DNA of 54,566 nt from a bacterium (GCA_021812945.1 JAKAMI010000003.1:1-54566); one strand, 5' to 3'. Counted from the stretch's first letter, positions 36,587 to 47,120 are shown. Notes: a model not told the origin generated them from the letters alone. Translations and numbers: made by a program.

Positions 36587-39500
36587 TTGATTCATCGTCT
36601 CTGGGTTGGTAAAATACAAGAAGATAAGAAACGGAGGGAGACGACCTTGGGACAACTATTGGGGATTTCGCATCGCCTGCTCCATAAAGCGACCGACAGT
36701 TTTCACGATCGGCTGGTTTTGCGGTCTCAAATTTATGCCAAATGGCACGAACAACCCCACCACCGCAAAGTCCACTTGTCGATCCTCGGTATTTATTGTT
36801 TGATTATCGCGGCTATTATAACCCAGCAATTCGCTCCGGCTTACCAACCACACTCTTTGGCCTCGTCGGGGAGCTGGAACTTTGCCAATACCACTGACTA
36901 CACCTACGACAATACAAAGGTCAACATCGCCGGCAACCAGGCGACGCTGAAAGGGACCGACGTGCAGGGAGTTAACTGGATTGCAAACGATAGTTCCGGA
37001 AATAGCTGGCCGTATCGAAAAGCAGTTACTATCTCCCATCTCAACGTCGGCTCGACACTGACGAATTTTCCGGCCAAGGTGGAGATCGCCGCCGATACAG
37101 ATATTGGTGCCCACGCCAAAAGTGATTTGACCGATCTGAGATTTACCTTGTCTGATTACAAAACCATTCTCCCTGCCGAACGCGAGACCGGAGCAATCGC
37201 TACCGGCTCGGCGTCCGGTATCTTTTGGGTGCAGGTTCCAAGTATTTTATCCACCGCCGACACTGTTATATATGTATATTATGGCAACACCTCTGCCTCG
37301 GCTCAAACCAGCCCGAGTAGTGTTTGGGATAGTAATTATAAAGGGGTTTGGCATCTGGGAGAAAGTGCTAATCCGTACAATGATTCCACAACCAATAACA
37401 ACGTTAGCACCTCTGGCACGTATCCGTCGCAGTCAGATGCAATTATTGGAAAAGGGCAATCGTATGCTAAAGCGAGTAGCCAGTATATATCGATCCCTAA
37501 TTCTGCCAGTCTTAATCCGACCGCGGCAATTACAGCACAAATTTGGTTCAAACCAGTCGCTTCGACAGCACCCTACATGCTGTTTGCAAAGGGAGACCAG
37601 CCTAGAATTTATGTAAATGATAATAGTGGAAATGTCTATTGTAATATTACAATTAACGGTATCTCGCTTGGTCTGGGGCCATTTACGGCGACAATGGGGT
37701 CTTGGAATTCAATAGGTATTCGCTACGATGGCGCGAATGTTCAAGTATATGTGAATGGTCTAGCATCGGGCAGCCCAACCGCAGCAACAGGTTCTATAAC
37801 AACAAATGCCAACCCACTCACAATAGGTTCACAAGGCGCGGTATATTACTATAACGGTTTATTAGACGAATTTAAGATTTCCGACTCCGCCCGTTCGGCC
37901 GATTGGATTAAGTTTGAGTACTATAATCAAAAAGACACCGCTGGGCAGTTGACCTTCGGGGCTCAAACAACTGTTAATCTAGTACCTGTTACCCACGCCC
38001 CGGGAACCGACTGGATCGCAACGGATACCGGTCATGATTGGCCGTATCGAAAAGCAATTACAATCTCTAAAACCAACGTCGGCTCGACACTGACGAATTT
38101 TCCGGCCAAGGTGGAGATCGCCGGTGATACAGACATTGGCGCCCACGCCAAAAGCGACCTTACAGACCTAAGATTTACGTCGTCCGGAGGTGCGACTATT
38201 CTGCCCGCCGAACGCGAGACCGGAGCAATCGCCGCCGGCTCGGCCAGTGGTATCTTTTGGGTACAGGTGCCGTCGATTTCTTCAACTGCCGACACTATTA
38301 TATATGTATACTACGGCAATGCTTTCGCCGCGGCCCAAGCCAATCCGAATGGAGTATGGGACACAAACTACAAAGCGATTTACCACCTGTCTGATCCGAC
38401 CAATCCAACGGATTCGACCGGAGTAAATAACGGGACCAATTACGGATCGACTGCGACCGCAGGAAATAACGACGGCGGGGCGGCATTTGTCGCTTCAAGT
38501 TCTCAGTATATAAGCATTCCCAACAACGCATCATTGCAAAACACATCTTTTTCAATTGATATGTGGATGCAAACATCAGACGCTAACAGTTTGCAAGTTT
38601 TCGCTGGTAAAGCTGACGGCTCAAACGGTTACGCCATAGCATACCACGGAAATAATGCTCCGGGTAATTTTGGAATGTACGCGATGGTACAAACCGGCGG
38701 AGTTGAAAAAGATGCCTTTTCAACTTTAGGCGCTTTGTCTATAAATACCTGGTATCATATTGTGGGAACGTATGATGGCACAACAATAAAACTTTATAGA
38801 AATGGGGTCCTAGACAGCAGCACTTCGGTTTCGAACGCTTTGGGGACAAGCGCTTCAATCCTAACCATTGGCAGACATGCTCCGACTCCATATTATGTGA
38901 GCGGAAAAATTGACGAAGTTCGTATTTCCAACTCTGCCCGCTCGGCCGATTGGATCAAGTTTGAGTACTACAACCAAAAAGATGCGGCTGGCCAGTTGAG
39001 TTACGGAAGCCAATCGACGCTTGGAGGATATTTTGACTACACCGCCGCCAATGTCACTGCCCAAAGCTACAATACTGTTTCGGCTTTTTCGGCCACGACC
39101 TCCGGCACCGGCTTGGTTAAGTTTCAGGTCTCGCCAAATAGCGGGACAACCTGGTACTGGTGGAACGGTTCGGCCTGGGCAGCCACAACCAATGGTTCTT
39201 GGGAGGCGAATACGGCCGCTGACGTTAACACTCATTTTGCCGACGGGTCGTTTAATTCCCTCGGCACCGCCCCCAAAACTTTCAAGTGGCGGAGCTTCTT
39301 TACCTCGGACGGCTCACAGCAGCCGATTCTCTCCGGTATCTCGCTGACCTATCTCTGGGACACTTTGGCCCCGTCGAACCCGACGCTTGTTCCAACGAGC
39401 CAAAAGGTCGGAGGAACTGCTATCGCTACGGGCAATTTTTACAATTATGCCAACCCCTACTACGGCTGGACGGCTGTGACCGATGTGGCCAACGTAGGCG

Positions 39501-41950
39501 AGACACCCTCGGGCACGGCCGGCTACTATATATATTATGGAACAGATAATACGGCTTTGCCGACTTCTGCCCGAGGTATGGCAAATGAACTTGGCGGCAC
39601 CGGTATTCATTATCAAACTACCACCGGATTTGAAGTCGGAGTCGATTCGACGGTTATGACGACCGGTAATACATATTACTTAAGAGCTCAAACCAAGGAT
39701 AATGCCGGTAACATATCCGCCGCCGCAACTTTATTTACCTACAAGTACGATAGTACCGCTCCCAGCTCTCCCGCCTACGTGTCGGTTTCGCCTTCGGGCT
39801 ACTCGCGCACCAACTCTTTCACTTTCTCCTGGCCGGTCAGTGGCGCCGACGGCCCGTCGGATCCGGGGGTAAACCCGTCCGGACTTCTAAAATATCAATA
39901 CCAGCTCGGCACGGCCGGCTGGGTTGATGTGCCGGGGAACGCGACAACGGCTAGCATCGCTCCGACCAATCCGGCCTACAGAACCGGCGCCAATGTTTTT
40001 GCTTTGCGCTCCGTTGATGTCGCCGGCAATTTGGCCACCCCGGCCCAGGTTACTTTCTATTTCAATAGTTCCACGCCGACAGCACCGACAAACCTAGCCG
40101 TCGCGCCTTCGACGCCGTCCAGTAGCAACTCCTTCGCTTTTTCCTGGGGGTTGCCGCAAACCTATACCGGCTCAATCGCCGGTTACTATTATTCGATCAA
40201 CGCCTTGCCGACGCTTGTAAATGCCACTTTTACAGCTTCGACTTCGCTCGCCGCCGCTCCGTTTGCGACCCAGCAAGGACAAAACACTTTTTATATCGTG
40301 GCCAAAGACGATGCCGGAAATGTTGATTTTGATTCCTGCAACGCCATTTCCGGTAATCCGACCACCGACGGTTGCGCCAAGGTCAACTTTACCGCCAACA
40401 CTTCGGCGCCCGGGATACCGACCGGACTGCAGGCAGTTGATACCAGTAACCGCGACGCTGCGCTTTATTCCGATGTTCTAAAATGGATTGCACCGGTTAG
40501 CCAAGGCACCGGTTTTGCCGGCTATTCGATTGAACGATCAATTGACAACATCAATTTTGCTCAAGTTGCGACAACCTCGGGGACTTCCTACGTTGATGAT
40601 AATTTGCAGTCTCAGCTTTACTATTATCGTCTGCGTTCAAAGGACAACGCCAGCCAATACAGCGCCTATTCGGCCGTTGTCTCTATCACCCCCACCGGCC
40701 GGTATACCACACCGCCGGCGTTAACAGACGGCCCGACGGCCGCACCCAAGGCATTTTCGATCAGCGTCTCTTGGCAAACTGATCGGGAATCTTCGAGTTT
40801 TGTCGAGTACGGGCTGACCGCCAACACGGTCGGCAAAGAAAGCGGCGGCAAAACCATTGGCGCGCTGGAGCAATCCAAAAAGCACGCCGTCACCGTCGAC
40901 GGCCTGCAGCCGGACACCTTGTATTATTACCGTTCGGTCTGGCTGGACTCTGACGGCAACCGCGGCCAGAGCGATGTCTTTAATCTTCGCACCAGCCCCG
41001 CTCCCTCGATAGCCGAAGTCAAGCAATCGAATGTCACGCTTAATTCGATGCTGATCACCTGGCAGACAAATGTTGTGGCTAACTGCGCCATAATCTACGG
41101 GCCATCAACCGCTTACGGCGGCAGCACTTCAGAAATTTCCGGCGTGCTTGCAGCCAGCCATTCTTTGAATCTGACCGGTTTGAACGACAGCACGACTTAT
41201 CACTTCAAAGCATCTTGTACCGATGCCGATTCAAACCAGTTTATCTCCGACGATTATTCGCAGCCAACCTTGGTCCGGCCGATTATTTCAAACCTCAAAT
41301 CGGAGCCGGTCAAAGACGCCCCGACCACCACCATCCGATTCACTTTTTCCACCAACATCCCGACTACAACTATCGTTTCTTACCAAAACGGTACCGGTTC
41401 AACTTTGACCCAGTCAAATGCCGAGCCTAAAACCGACCACGACATCCAAGTCAAAGATCTGGCCGATAAAACCACCTATACCTTTCAGGCCAGCGGAGTA
41501 GACCAGCACGGCAACACCGTAGCCTCAGACAAAGTTTCTTTTGCCACCCCCAACGATACCCGTCCCCCCAAGGTCTCCAACCTCTCCATCGAAGTCAAAG
41601 CTCAAGGTTTCTCCTCGGCTCAGAAAGCTCAAGTAGTTGCCTCTTGGACTACCGATGAACCCTCAACCAGCTGGTTGGAGTACGGCCAAGGTATCACTTC
41701 AAACGATTATCCCAGCAAGACCTCGGAAGATCAGACTCTAACCAACAGCCATGTCATCATTGTTGGAGAACTTGAACCAAGCAAGATCTACCATCTAAGA
41801 GTCGGTTCCCGTGATGCTGCCGGCAATGCCGGTTACTCCTCCGATACCACTACCATTACCGGTAAGATTCAAAGATCAGTCATCGATATCATCATCACCT
41901 CCCTCCAGAAGAGTCTGGGCTGGCTGTTCGGGCTGAGTTTCGGGAGGTAG
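36587..41950 (+). CDS. Giant surface protein: 2x (DUF2341 + LamG-like) modules followed by FN3/Ig-like repeats
   Basis: N-terminal TM; duplicated WPYRKA.TI..LTNFPAKV..DLRFT..FWVQVP..IYVYYGN..VWD.NYK modules; LamG YYNGLLDEFKIS and GKIDEVRIS; Thr/Ser-rich FN3-like tail. Confidence 0.85.
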   Translation: MIHRLWVGKIQEDKKRRETTLGQLLGISHRLLHKATDSFHDRLVLRSQIYAKWHEQPHHRKVHLSILGIYCLIIAAIITQQFAPAYQPHSLASSGSWNFANTTDYTYDNTKVNIAGNQATLKGTDVQGVNWIANDSSGNSWPYRKAVTISHLNVGSTLTNFPAKVEIAADTDIGAHAKSDLTDLRFTLSDYKTILPAERETGAIATGSASGIFWVQVPSILSTADTVIYVYYGNTSASAQTSPSSVWDSNYKGVWHLGESANPYNDSTTNNNVSTSGTYPSQSDAIIGKGQSYAKASSQYISIPNSASLNPTAAITAQIWFKPVASTAPYMLFAKGDQPRIYVNDNSGNVYCNITINGISLGLGPFTATMGSWNSIGIRYDGANVQVYVNGLASGSPTAATGSITTNANPLTIGSQGAVYYYNGLLDEFKISDSARSADWIKFEYYNQKDTAGQLTFGAQTTVNLVPVTHAPGTDWIATDTGHDWPYRKAITISKTNVGSTLTNFPAKVEIAGDTDIGAHAKSDLTDLRFTSSGGATILPAERETGAIAAGSASGIFWVQVPSISSTADTIIYVYYGNAFAAAQANPNGVWDTNYKAIYHLSDPTNPTDSTGVNNGTNYGSTATAGNNDGGAAFVASSSQYISIPNNASLQNTSFSIDMWMQTSDANSLQVFAGKADGSNGYAIAYHGNNAPGNFGMYAMVQTGGVEKDAFSTLGALSINTWYHIVGTYDGTTIKLYRNGVLDSSTSVSNALGTSASILTIGRHAPTPYYVSGKIDEVRISNSARSADWIKFEYYNQKDAAGQLSYGSQSTLGGYFDYTAANVTAQSYNTVSAFSATTSGTGLVKFQVSPNSGTTWYWWNGSAWAATTNGSWEANTAADVNTHFADGSFNSLGTAPKTFKWRSFFTSDGSQQPILSGISLTYLWDTLAPSNPTLVPTSQKVGGTAIATGNFYNYANPYYGWTAVTDVANVGETPSGTAGYYIYYGTDNTALPTSARGMANELGGTGIHYQTTTGFEVGVDSTVMTTGNTYYLRAQTKDNAGNISAAATLFTYKYDSTAPSSPAYVSVSPSGYSRTNSFTFSWPVSGADGPSDPGVNPSGLLKYQYQLGTAGWVDVPGNATTASIAPTNPAYRTGANVFALRSVDVAGNLATPAQVTFYFNSSTPTAPTNLAVAPSTPSSSNSFAFSWGLPQTYTGSIAGYYYSINALPTLVNATFTASTSLAAAPFATQQGQNTFYIVAKDDAGNVDFDSCNAISGNPTTDGCAKVNFTANTSAPGIPTGLQAVDTSNRDAALYSDVLKWIAPVSQGTGFAGYSIERSIDNINFAQVATTSGTSYVDDNLQSQLYYYRLRSKDNASQYSAYSAVVSITPTGRYTTPPALTDGPTAAPKAFSISVSWQTDRESSSFVEYGLTANTVGKESGGKTIGALEQSKKHAVTVDGLQPDTLYYYRSVWLDSDGNRGQSDVFNLRTSPAPSIAEVKQSNVTLNSMLITWQTNVVANCAIIYGPSTAYGGSTSEISGVLAASHSLNLTGLNDSTTYHFKASCTDADSNQFISDDYSQPTLVRPIISNLKSEPVKDAPTTTIRFTFSTNIPTTTIVSYQNGTGSTLTQSNAEPKTDHDIQVKDLADKTTYTFQASGVDQHGNTVASDKVSFATPNDTRPPKVSNLSIEVKAQGFSSAQKAQVVASWTTDEPSTSWLEYGQGITSNDYPSKTSEDQTLTNSHVIIVGELEPSKIYHLRVGSRDAAGNAGYSSDTTTITGKIQRSVIDIIITSLQKSLGWLFGLSFGR

Positions 41951-42076
41951 GTTAGCGGCTGATTTTGAACGAAGATGGATCAAACTACGCGGTTTTTTCG
42001 GAAATGATGCAATTGAAGTTATCCAATACAGCTTGAGCGAAGCGTTCAATATTACAAAAAAGACCAAAATTCTCTA

Positions 42077-42153
42077 TGGTCGGGGTGGGCAGACTCGAAC
42101 TGCCGACCCCCGCGTCCCAAACGCGGTGCTCTAGCCAACTGAGCCACACCCCG
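42077..42153 (-). tRNA. tRNA-Pro(TGG)
   Basis: CGGGGTG/CACCCCG acceptor; CCGCG-TTTGGGA-CGCGG; CCA. Confidence 0.95.
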
Positions 42154-42164
42154 ACGTGTAAATA

Positions 42165-42210
42165 ATTTTCAAGTATCAATATTCAATTAAGTATCAATTA
42201 TCAAGTATCG
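42165..42210. repeat. Heptamer quasi-array upstream of tRNA-Pro
   Basis: AGTATCA ATATTCA [ATTA] AGTATCA ATTATCA AGTATCG. Confidence 0.65.
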
Positions 42211-42245
42211 AGTGCAACAGCGAGTACATTTTACCAGGTCTGAGG

Positions 42246-42974
42246 CTATTTGTATAGTCCCTTGAGGACGTTCTTGCGGATTTGCCAAGATGCCGCGATC
42301 ATTTTAAGACCATCTTTAATGGGATTGACAGTGCTGTGGGGGTCGTCATTCCAGATTATCGGGACTTCGGCGATCTTGTACCCCAACGTTCGGGCTATTG
42401 CCAGCATCTCAATGTCGAAACTCCAGCGGTCAACTGTGAGCCGCGAGAAGATTTTTTTAGCGGCATCGGCCGACAGAAGCTTGAAACCACATTGCGTGTC
42501 CTTGATCCCGCGGACGGCAAGGGTTTGAATTATCAAATTCAGGACATCGCTGCCTACTCGGCGGAACAACGACTGTTTCCGTTTCTGGCCTCCTCCGGCT
42601 ACCCGTCTGGAGCCTATGACAACATCATACTTATCAGTAAAATCAAACAAACGGTCTACCTGCTGAAATGGTGTCGAGTTATCGGCGTCAGCGAACAAGC
42701 GGAAATCTCCGGAAGCCTCAAGTATACCTTGTTTTACCGAATACCCCTTACCCTTATTTTCTTTGCGATTGATAACTTTCAGCCCTTTTACCTTATTCTG
42801 GAACTGAAGCGCAGCTGTGAGCGTGTCATCGGGAGATCCGTCAATCACGACAATAACTTCCATCCCAAAATCATGAGATTTCTGGTAATCGGTAATCGCT
42901 TCAAGGATTTTGTGGATTCGTTCCTGCTCTTTGTATGCGGGAACGATGACGGATAAATGGGGATTTGAAGTCAT
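42246..42974 (-). CDS. GT2 polyprenyl-phosphate glycosyltransferase (DPG/DPM synthase-like)
   Basis: VPAYKE, DGSPD, NKGKG, DAD, VIGSR, DTQCGFK, FDIE. Confidence 0.92.
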   Translation of the reverse strand: MTSNPHLSVIVPAYKEQERIHKILEAITDYQKSHDFGMEVIVVIDGSPDDTLTAALQFQNKVKGLKVINRKENKGKGYSVKQGILEASGDFRLFADADNSTPFQQVDRLFDFTDKYDVVIGSRRVAGGGQKRKQSLFRRVGSDVLNLIIQTLAVRGIKDTQCGFKLLSADAAKKIFSRLTVDRWSFDIEMLAIARTLGYKIAEVPIIWNDDPHSTVNPIKDGLKMIAASWQIRKNVLKGLYK

Positions 42975-42983
42975 AAATATTTC

Positions 42984-45248
42984 CTAATTATTAGCGGAAG
43001 GGGTAGTTATATCCGGTTCTGGTCTGTCATACTTCGTAATCGGATAAGGCGACTTGGGCGGGTTCTTTTGCATATCTGCCGGCGTAACCTGAAATACCAG
43101 AATCGAGTTTCCGATAACTGCAACCGGTTGGTAATCTCTAAGCCAATCGTAGGACCATTTACCTTCTTGCTGCCCATACATTCTGGAGAATTGATAAAAA
43201 GTAGCAGAGATGGCGATGTAGCCGGTAACCGGACCGTAGCCGGAGCGCCAGCTGGCGGAGTGGGGGATAAAATAACTCGGAACGCTTCCTCCGAAGTAAT
43301 CGATGTAGATCCCCTGAACGTGGTTGTCGTCTACCCACTTGGCCAACCTTTTCAAATCTTGTCCCCAATCCAGCGAGGAGTCGACCAACAGATCGTATTT
43401 GTTCCGGCCGTAAGTCAGTTCGTTGAAATACGAGATATAGTTCGGATAGGCGATCAAGCTGCCGACGATCATCCAGACCGCCAGCAAGCCAACCATGACT
43501 TTTGGCCAGGTTATTCCAGCGGCATTTAGAATATTTTTCAACTGGAAACCGATGAAGATTAAAACGAAAGGAATCGTCGGCATAAGATGACGAATGCCGA
43601 TATTGAGCGAACCTTTGAGCGTCACAGCCCAGTAGATCGCCACAGGAGTTAGAAGCAGGACGTAAATCCAGGTGTTGGCTCTAAATTTCTTGATCATCGC
43701 CAGAAGCCCGCCCCAAAAGAGTAAAATTACGGGCAATGGAGTCTTGATTAACCAGGCTACGGGAAAGTACCAGCTGATACCTTTATCCGAAAAATGTCCC
43801 AGGATAAAGGTTGAATTGCCGCCGCCGACTCGGCCGAAAACCAGAAACAGGCCGAGAATATAATGGCCGATAGCCCTGGTGATCGGGTTGCCTTCGAGAA
43901 GGTGCAAAAAGTTTCTAAAAACCAGAGTTCTGGCGTCGTTGGTTAAATTCGCCTCGATAAGTTTATGTTCTATACCCGCGGGAGTATTCCAGACAAAGGG
44001 AATGTATACCAGCCAAACCGCGGCTAAGCCGATAAGACCTATGTAGATGCCCCGAACCAGCAGCGGCCGGAAGTTATGCCAAAATCCCTTGAGTCGAGAT
44101 TTTCTGGAAAAAGCGAGAAACACGAGATAAAGAATTAACACCGGAATCAGCAGTACGGCCGAAAATTTCAAAAGCTGAGCTATCCCGAAAGCCAGACCGG
44201 CATAAACCAGATTCTTTTTAGTCGGACTGTTTGTCCAGTGCCAAAAATAATAAATTGACAAAACAAAACCGAGCGCCGCGGCCACATCGGTGGTAACCAG
44301 GTGTCCGTGGGCCAGAAGATCCGGATAAAAAGCAAAAAGTGTTAGGACGATAACCGCCACCTTCCGGCCGGCAAGCTCGCGGGTAAAACGATAAACAAAT
44401 ACTCCTAAAATAAGAAGCAAAATAATTATCGGGATTCGGGAGAGGTTTATTACCGCATCCGGATTATTACCCAGACGATAAATAAAATCCCAACCAGATT
44501 CCCATTGGTTAATATCGTTCCAAGCCGGGCTATTGGTAAGTTCATTGACCTTGATAAATTGAAGAGGAATGCCGGCTATAGCCTTGGTTAGGGGTGGATG
44601 TTCCGGATTGAGCCGATAATCGTGATATTTTAAATAACTGTAACCGGAAGGTATGTGAGCGACTTCATCAACGGTTCCGGAGTCGCCAAACATCACGAGG
44701 ACCGAAATGGCGGCCATAATCCCGAGCAATAAAACACCGATCAGATTGAACCAGAGACGTTTTCGACGTTCCGGCGCTGTCGCTTCGGCAATATCAACTT
44801 TTTTGTAAGTCCAGAACTTGTTAGCGAAAAAGTTCCAAATAATTCCGGCGCCGCTGGCGCAGGTCAGCGCCGCCAATTTGATAACGGTAGCTGAAAAAGA
44901 GGAGGGGACTATCGACAGAACTATCGAATAGACGAGAGTATTGATTATGAGGCCGACAACGCTGACCGCGAAAAACCGGCCGAAGTAGACTGAGCCTTTT
45001 GAAATTTTTTGGGAATCATTTTTAGAAAATCCGGACTTAAATTCATTTGAAAAGGTCCAGGCGGAGTTCATGACAAAGCTATTGATAGCGGCCAGCACAA
45101 AGGAAATTGCTTTTGCCAGAGGGCTAAACTCGGCGAAAAAGGGCACCAGCCGGATCAAAAGGAAGAACACCAACCAATCGACGCCGGTGTTGATAATCCC
45201 GACGAAGGCAAATTTAACAAACTGGACTACCGATGGTTTAAGCTTCAT
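42984..45248 (-). CDS. Fusion: GtrA-like flippase + GT-C (ArnT/PMT_2-like) glycosyltransferase
   Basis: N-terminal QFVKFAFVG..N..WTF..WNF..NK.WT (GtrA); TVDEVAH..EHPPL GT-C motifs; many TMs. Confidence 0.8.
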   Translation of the reverse strand: MKLKPSVVQFVKFAFVGIINTGVDWLVFFLLIRLVPFFAEFSPLAKAISFVLAAINSFVMNSAWTFSNEFKSGFSKNDSQKISKGSVYFGRFFAVSVVGLIINTLVYSIVLSIVPSSFSATVIKLAALTCASGAGIIWNFFANKFWTYKKVDIAEATAPERRKRLWFNLIGVLLLGIMAAISVLVMFGDSGTVDEVAHIPSGYSYLKYHDYRLNPEHPPLTKAIAGIPLQFIKVNELTNSPAWNDINQWESGWDFIYRLGNNPDAVINLSRIPIIILLLILGVFVYRFTRELAGRKVAVIVLTLFAFYPDLLAHGHLVTTDVAAALGFVLSIYYFWHWTNSPTKKNLVYAGLAFGIAQLLKFSAVLLIPVLILYLVFLAFSRKSRLKGFWHNFRPLLVRGIYIGLIGLAAVWLVYIPFVWNTPAGIEHKLIEANLTNDARTLVFRNFLHLLEGNPITRAIGHYILGLFLVFGRVGGGNSTFILGHFSDKGISWYFPVAWLIKTPLPVILLFWGGLLAMIKKFRANTWIYVLLLTPVAIYWAVTLKGSLNIGIRHLMPTIPFVLIFIGFQLKNILNAAGITWPKVMVGLLAVWMIVGSLIAYPNYISYFNELTYGRNKYDLLVDSSLDWGQDLKRLAKWVDDNHVQGIYIDYFGGSVPSYFIPHSASWRSGYGPVTGYIAISATFYQFSRMYGQQEGKWSYDWLRDYQPVAVIGNSILVFQVTPADMQKNPPKSPYPITKYDRPEPDITTPSANN

Positions 45249-45265
45249 TACCCCTCCAAATTAAA

Positions 45266-46777
45266 CTATTTTACCCCGCTTCTACTCACCGACTTGACGG
45301 TCACTCTAAATTCTAGATACTTTCCCAGCATAAGTCTAGTTTGAGATTCGAGAGCGGGAATGGCGCTGAATATAATATTAGTAAAGGCCAAGATGATGGG
45401 GGTGATAACCCATTCGCGCGCCAAGTACCAACCATGCCGGTATTTTTTGCGGCAAGGGGGAAGAATTAGTGTCGATAGCACCAGCGTGGTGATCATGCCG
45501 ACCCAGGCTACCATAGCCAATCTGGAGTAAACCAGAGGAAAACTGTAGGCATAAATTGAATTAAAAAAAGTATGGCTAAAGATGAAAGGATACCAAGCCA
45601 CCACAGCAAGGATCAGAGAAGCGGTAGACCAATTAAAATACGAATCAAAAAGCAATATTGCCTTGTAAAGCTTGTCCCAGAAAGAGATTTCGTGATCCTT
45701 CAGCATATTTGTATAAACGTAAGGCAGATCGGAGATACCCCATGACCAGCGGCGTTGTTGTAAGTATTGTTCTTTGAAAGTTAGCCAGAGACTATCGGCC
45801 AGCACCGCATCCATATAGATCGGCGTAAACATCGGCACAACTTTGTGGCGGCCTTTGAGGGCAAAGTAAGATCTCCAGAACTGGTGGCCGTCTTCGACAA
45901 TCGTTGTTTTAGACCAAAAATCCACCTTGATCAGTCCCTCGAGGCTTTGGGCGTGGGCGGAAAAATTGCGCAATAGATGGGGTTGGGTAGCCACGATCAT
46001 TTGCCAAAAAGCGCTGCTCATGGCCATAATCCTCATCGGCGGCGGAACGTCCCAGATGTTGTTGAAATACATTGGCAGCGGCTGAAAAGACTTGTCGGCC
46101 GGATTGCTGTCGGTGATAAATTTGTAGGTTAAGCAGGGCAGGTATTTCGGATCCATGCGGTTATCGGCGTCCATAGTCGTTACGATGACATCTTTGTATG
46201 GAATATCTTTTGAGTCGATAAATTTCAAAATCTCCTTGGCACTGTAGTAAATATTGGCCCCCTTGCCTTTAATCTCATTCGGCAAGTCTTTCGGGTGCAG
46301 AGTGGAAGCAAAGTGGAAAAACTTGCTTCCATACTCTCTTTTCAGGCTGGAGGCTATCTCTTCGGCATTGGCACGATCTCTTTCTTCCGTGGCCAGCACG
46401 TAGATAATACGGTCGTTTGGATAATCGGAATTGATCACCGACTCGATCGAATGTTCCAAAATTATTTTTTTCTCTTTGTAGGTGGGAACTATCACCAGAT
46501 GGTAGATGTCGCGCCAATCCCGATCGATTTTTAGAGCCATCAGATCTTTTAACCAATCAATTTTGCGGTCTCGGTTATAAAGGCGGTAAGCGCCGAGTGT
46601 TCTTGCGGCAATCAGGATAGTTCTAAAAAGCCAGTAAACCATATAAGCGATCATTGCCGCGGCGAAAACCCGGGGGAAGTAATAAGCCATAGGTATGGTC
46701 AGAAGCAAAGTCGACCAGGCCAGCACGCCGGGGACGATTTCGAAAAACCGATAAAGAGAGGTCTTGTTCTTAATCAT
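45266..46777 (-). CDS. Processive-type GT2 membrane glycosyltransferase
   Basis: PTYKE, KGANI, MDAD, VED, QQRRW (QxxRW); flanking TMs. Confidence 0.85.
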   Translation of the reverse strand: MIKNKTSLYRFFEIVPGVLAWSTLLLTIPMAYYFPRVFAAAMIAYMVYWLFRTILIAARTLGAYRLYNRDRKIDWLKDLMALKIDRDWRDIYHLVIVPTYKEKKIILEHSIESVINSDYPNDRIIYVLATEERDRANAEEIASSLKREYGSKFFHFASTLHPKDLPNEIKGKGANIYYSAKEILKFIDSKDIPYKDVIVTTMDADNRMDPKYLPCLTYKFITDSNPADKSFQPLPMYFNNIWDVPPPMRIMAMSSAFWQMIVATQPHLLRNFSAHAQSLEGLIKVDFWSKTTIVEDGHQFWRSYFALKGRHKVVPMFTPIYMDAVLADSLWLTFKEQYLQQRRWSWGISDLPYVYTNMLKDHEISFWDKLYKAILLFDSYFNWSTASLILAVVAWYPFIFSHTFFNSIYAYSFPLVYSRLAMVAWVGMITTLVLSTLILPPCRKKYRHGWYLAREWVITPIILAFTNIIFSAIPALESQTRLMLGKYLEFRVTVKSVSRSGVK

Positions 46778-47106
46778 TGAACCATAAAAAAACGATAGGA
46801 ATAGACGACCATAATGATATTTAAAAGGTTGATAAAAACAGCGACAAATAAAAGCAGGTGGGCGATGGAGGCGGACTTGCGAATTATGGAAACAGCCAGT
46901 ACAAGATTGACAAACATCACAATTAGGGTGTACTGAAAAGGGAAGACGCTGATCGGGGTATAGATCGGCAGTTGGTTATTTTGAATCAGAAAACGCCACA
47001 GAAAAAACAGCAGAGCCGCGGATAAAATCCAGATAGCAGACAGCGTTACAAAGAGTTTGTCAACGCCCAATTTGTCAAGATAGGATGATTTCTTTTTTGC
47101 CGTCAT
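46774..47106 (-). CDS. Small membrane protein (3 TM)
   Basis: ATGA overlap with the GT2 gene; hydrophobic. Confidence 0.65.
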   Translation of the reverse strand: MTAKKKSSYLDKLGVDKLFVTLSAIWILSAALLFFLWRFLIQNNQLPIYTPISVFPFQYTLIVMFVNLVLAVSIIRKSASIAHLLLFVAVFINLLNIIMVVYSYRFFMVQ

Positions 47107-47120
47107 ATTATAAAATTATT

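Noticed and set aside
41952-42179. ORFs spanning tRNA-Pro(TGG), including an open + frame after the giant gene
   Set aside because: Overlap a clear tRNA; no start/SD or family motif
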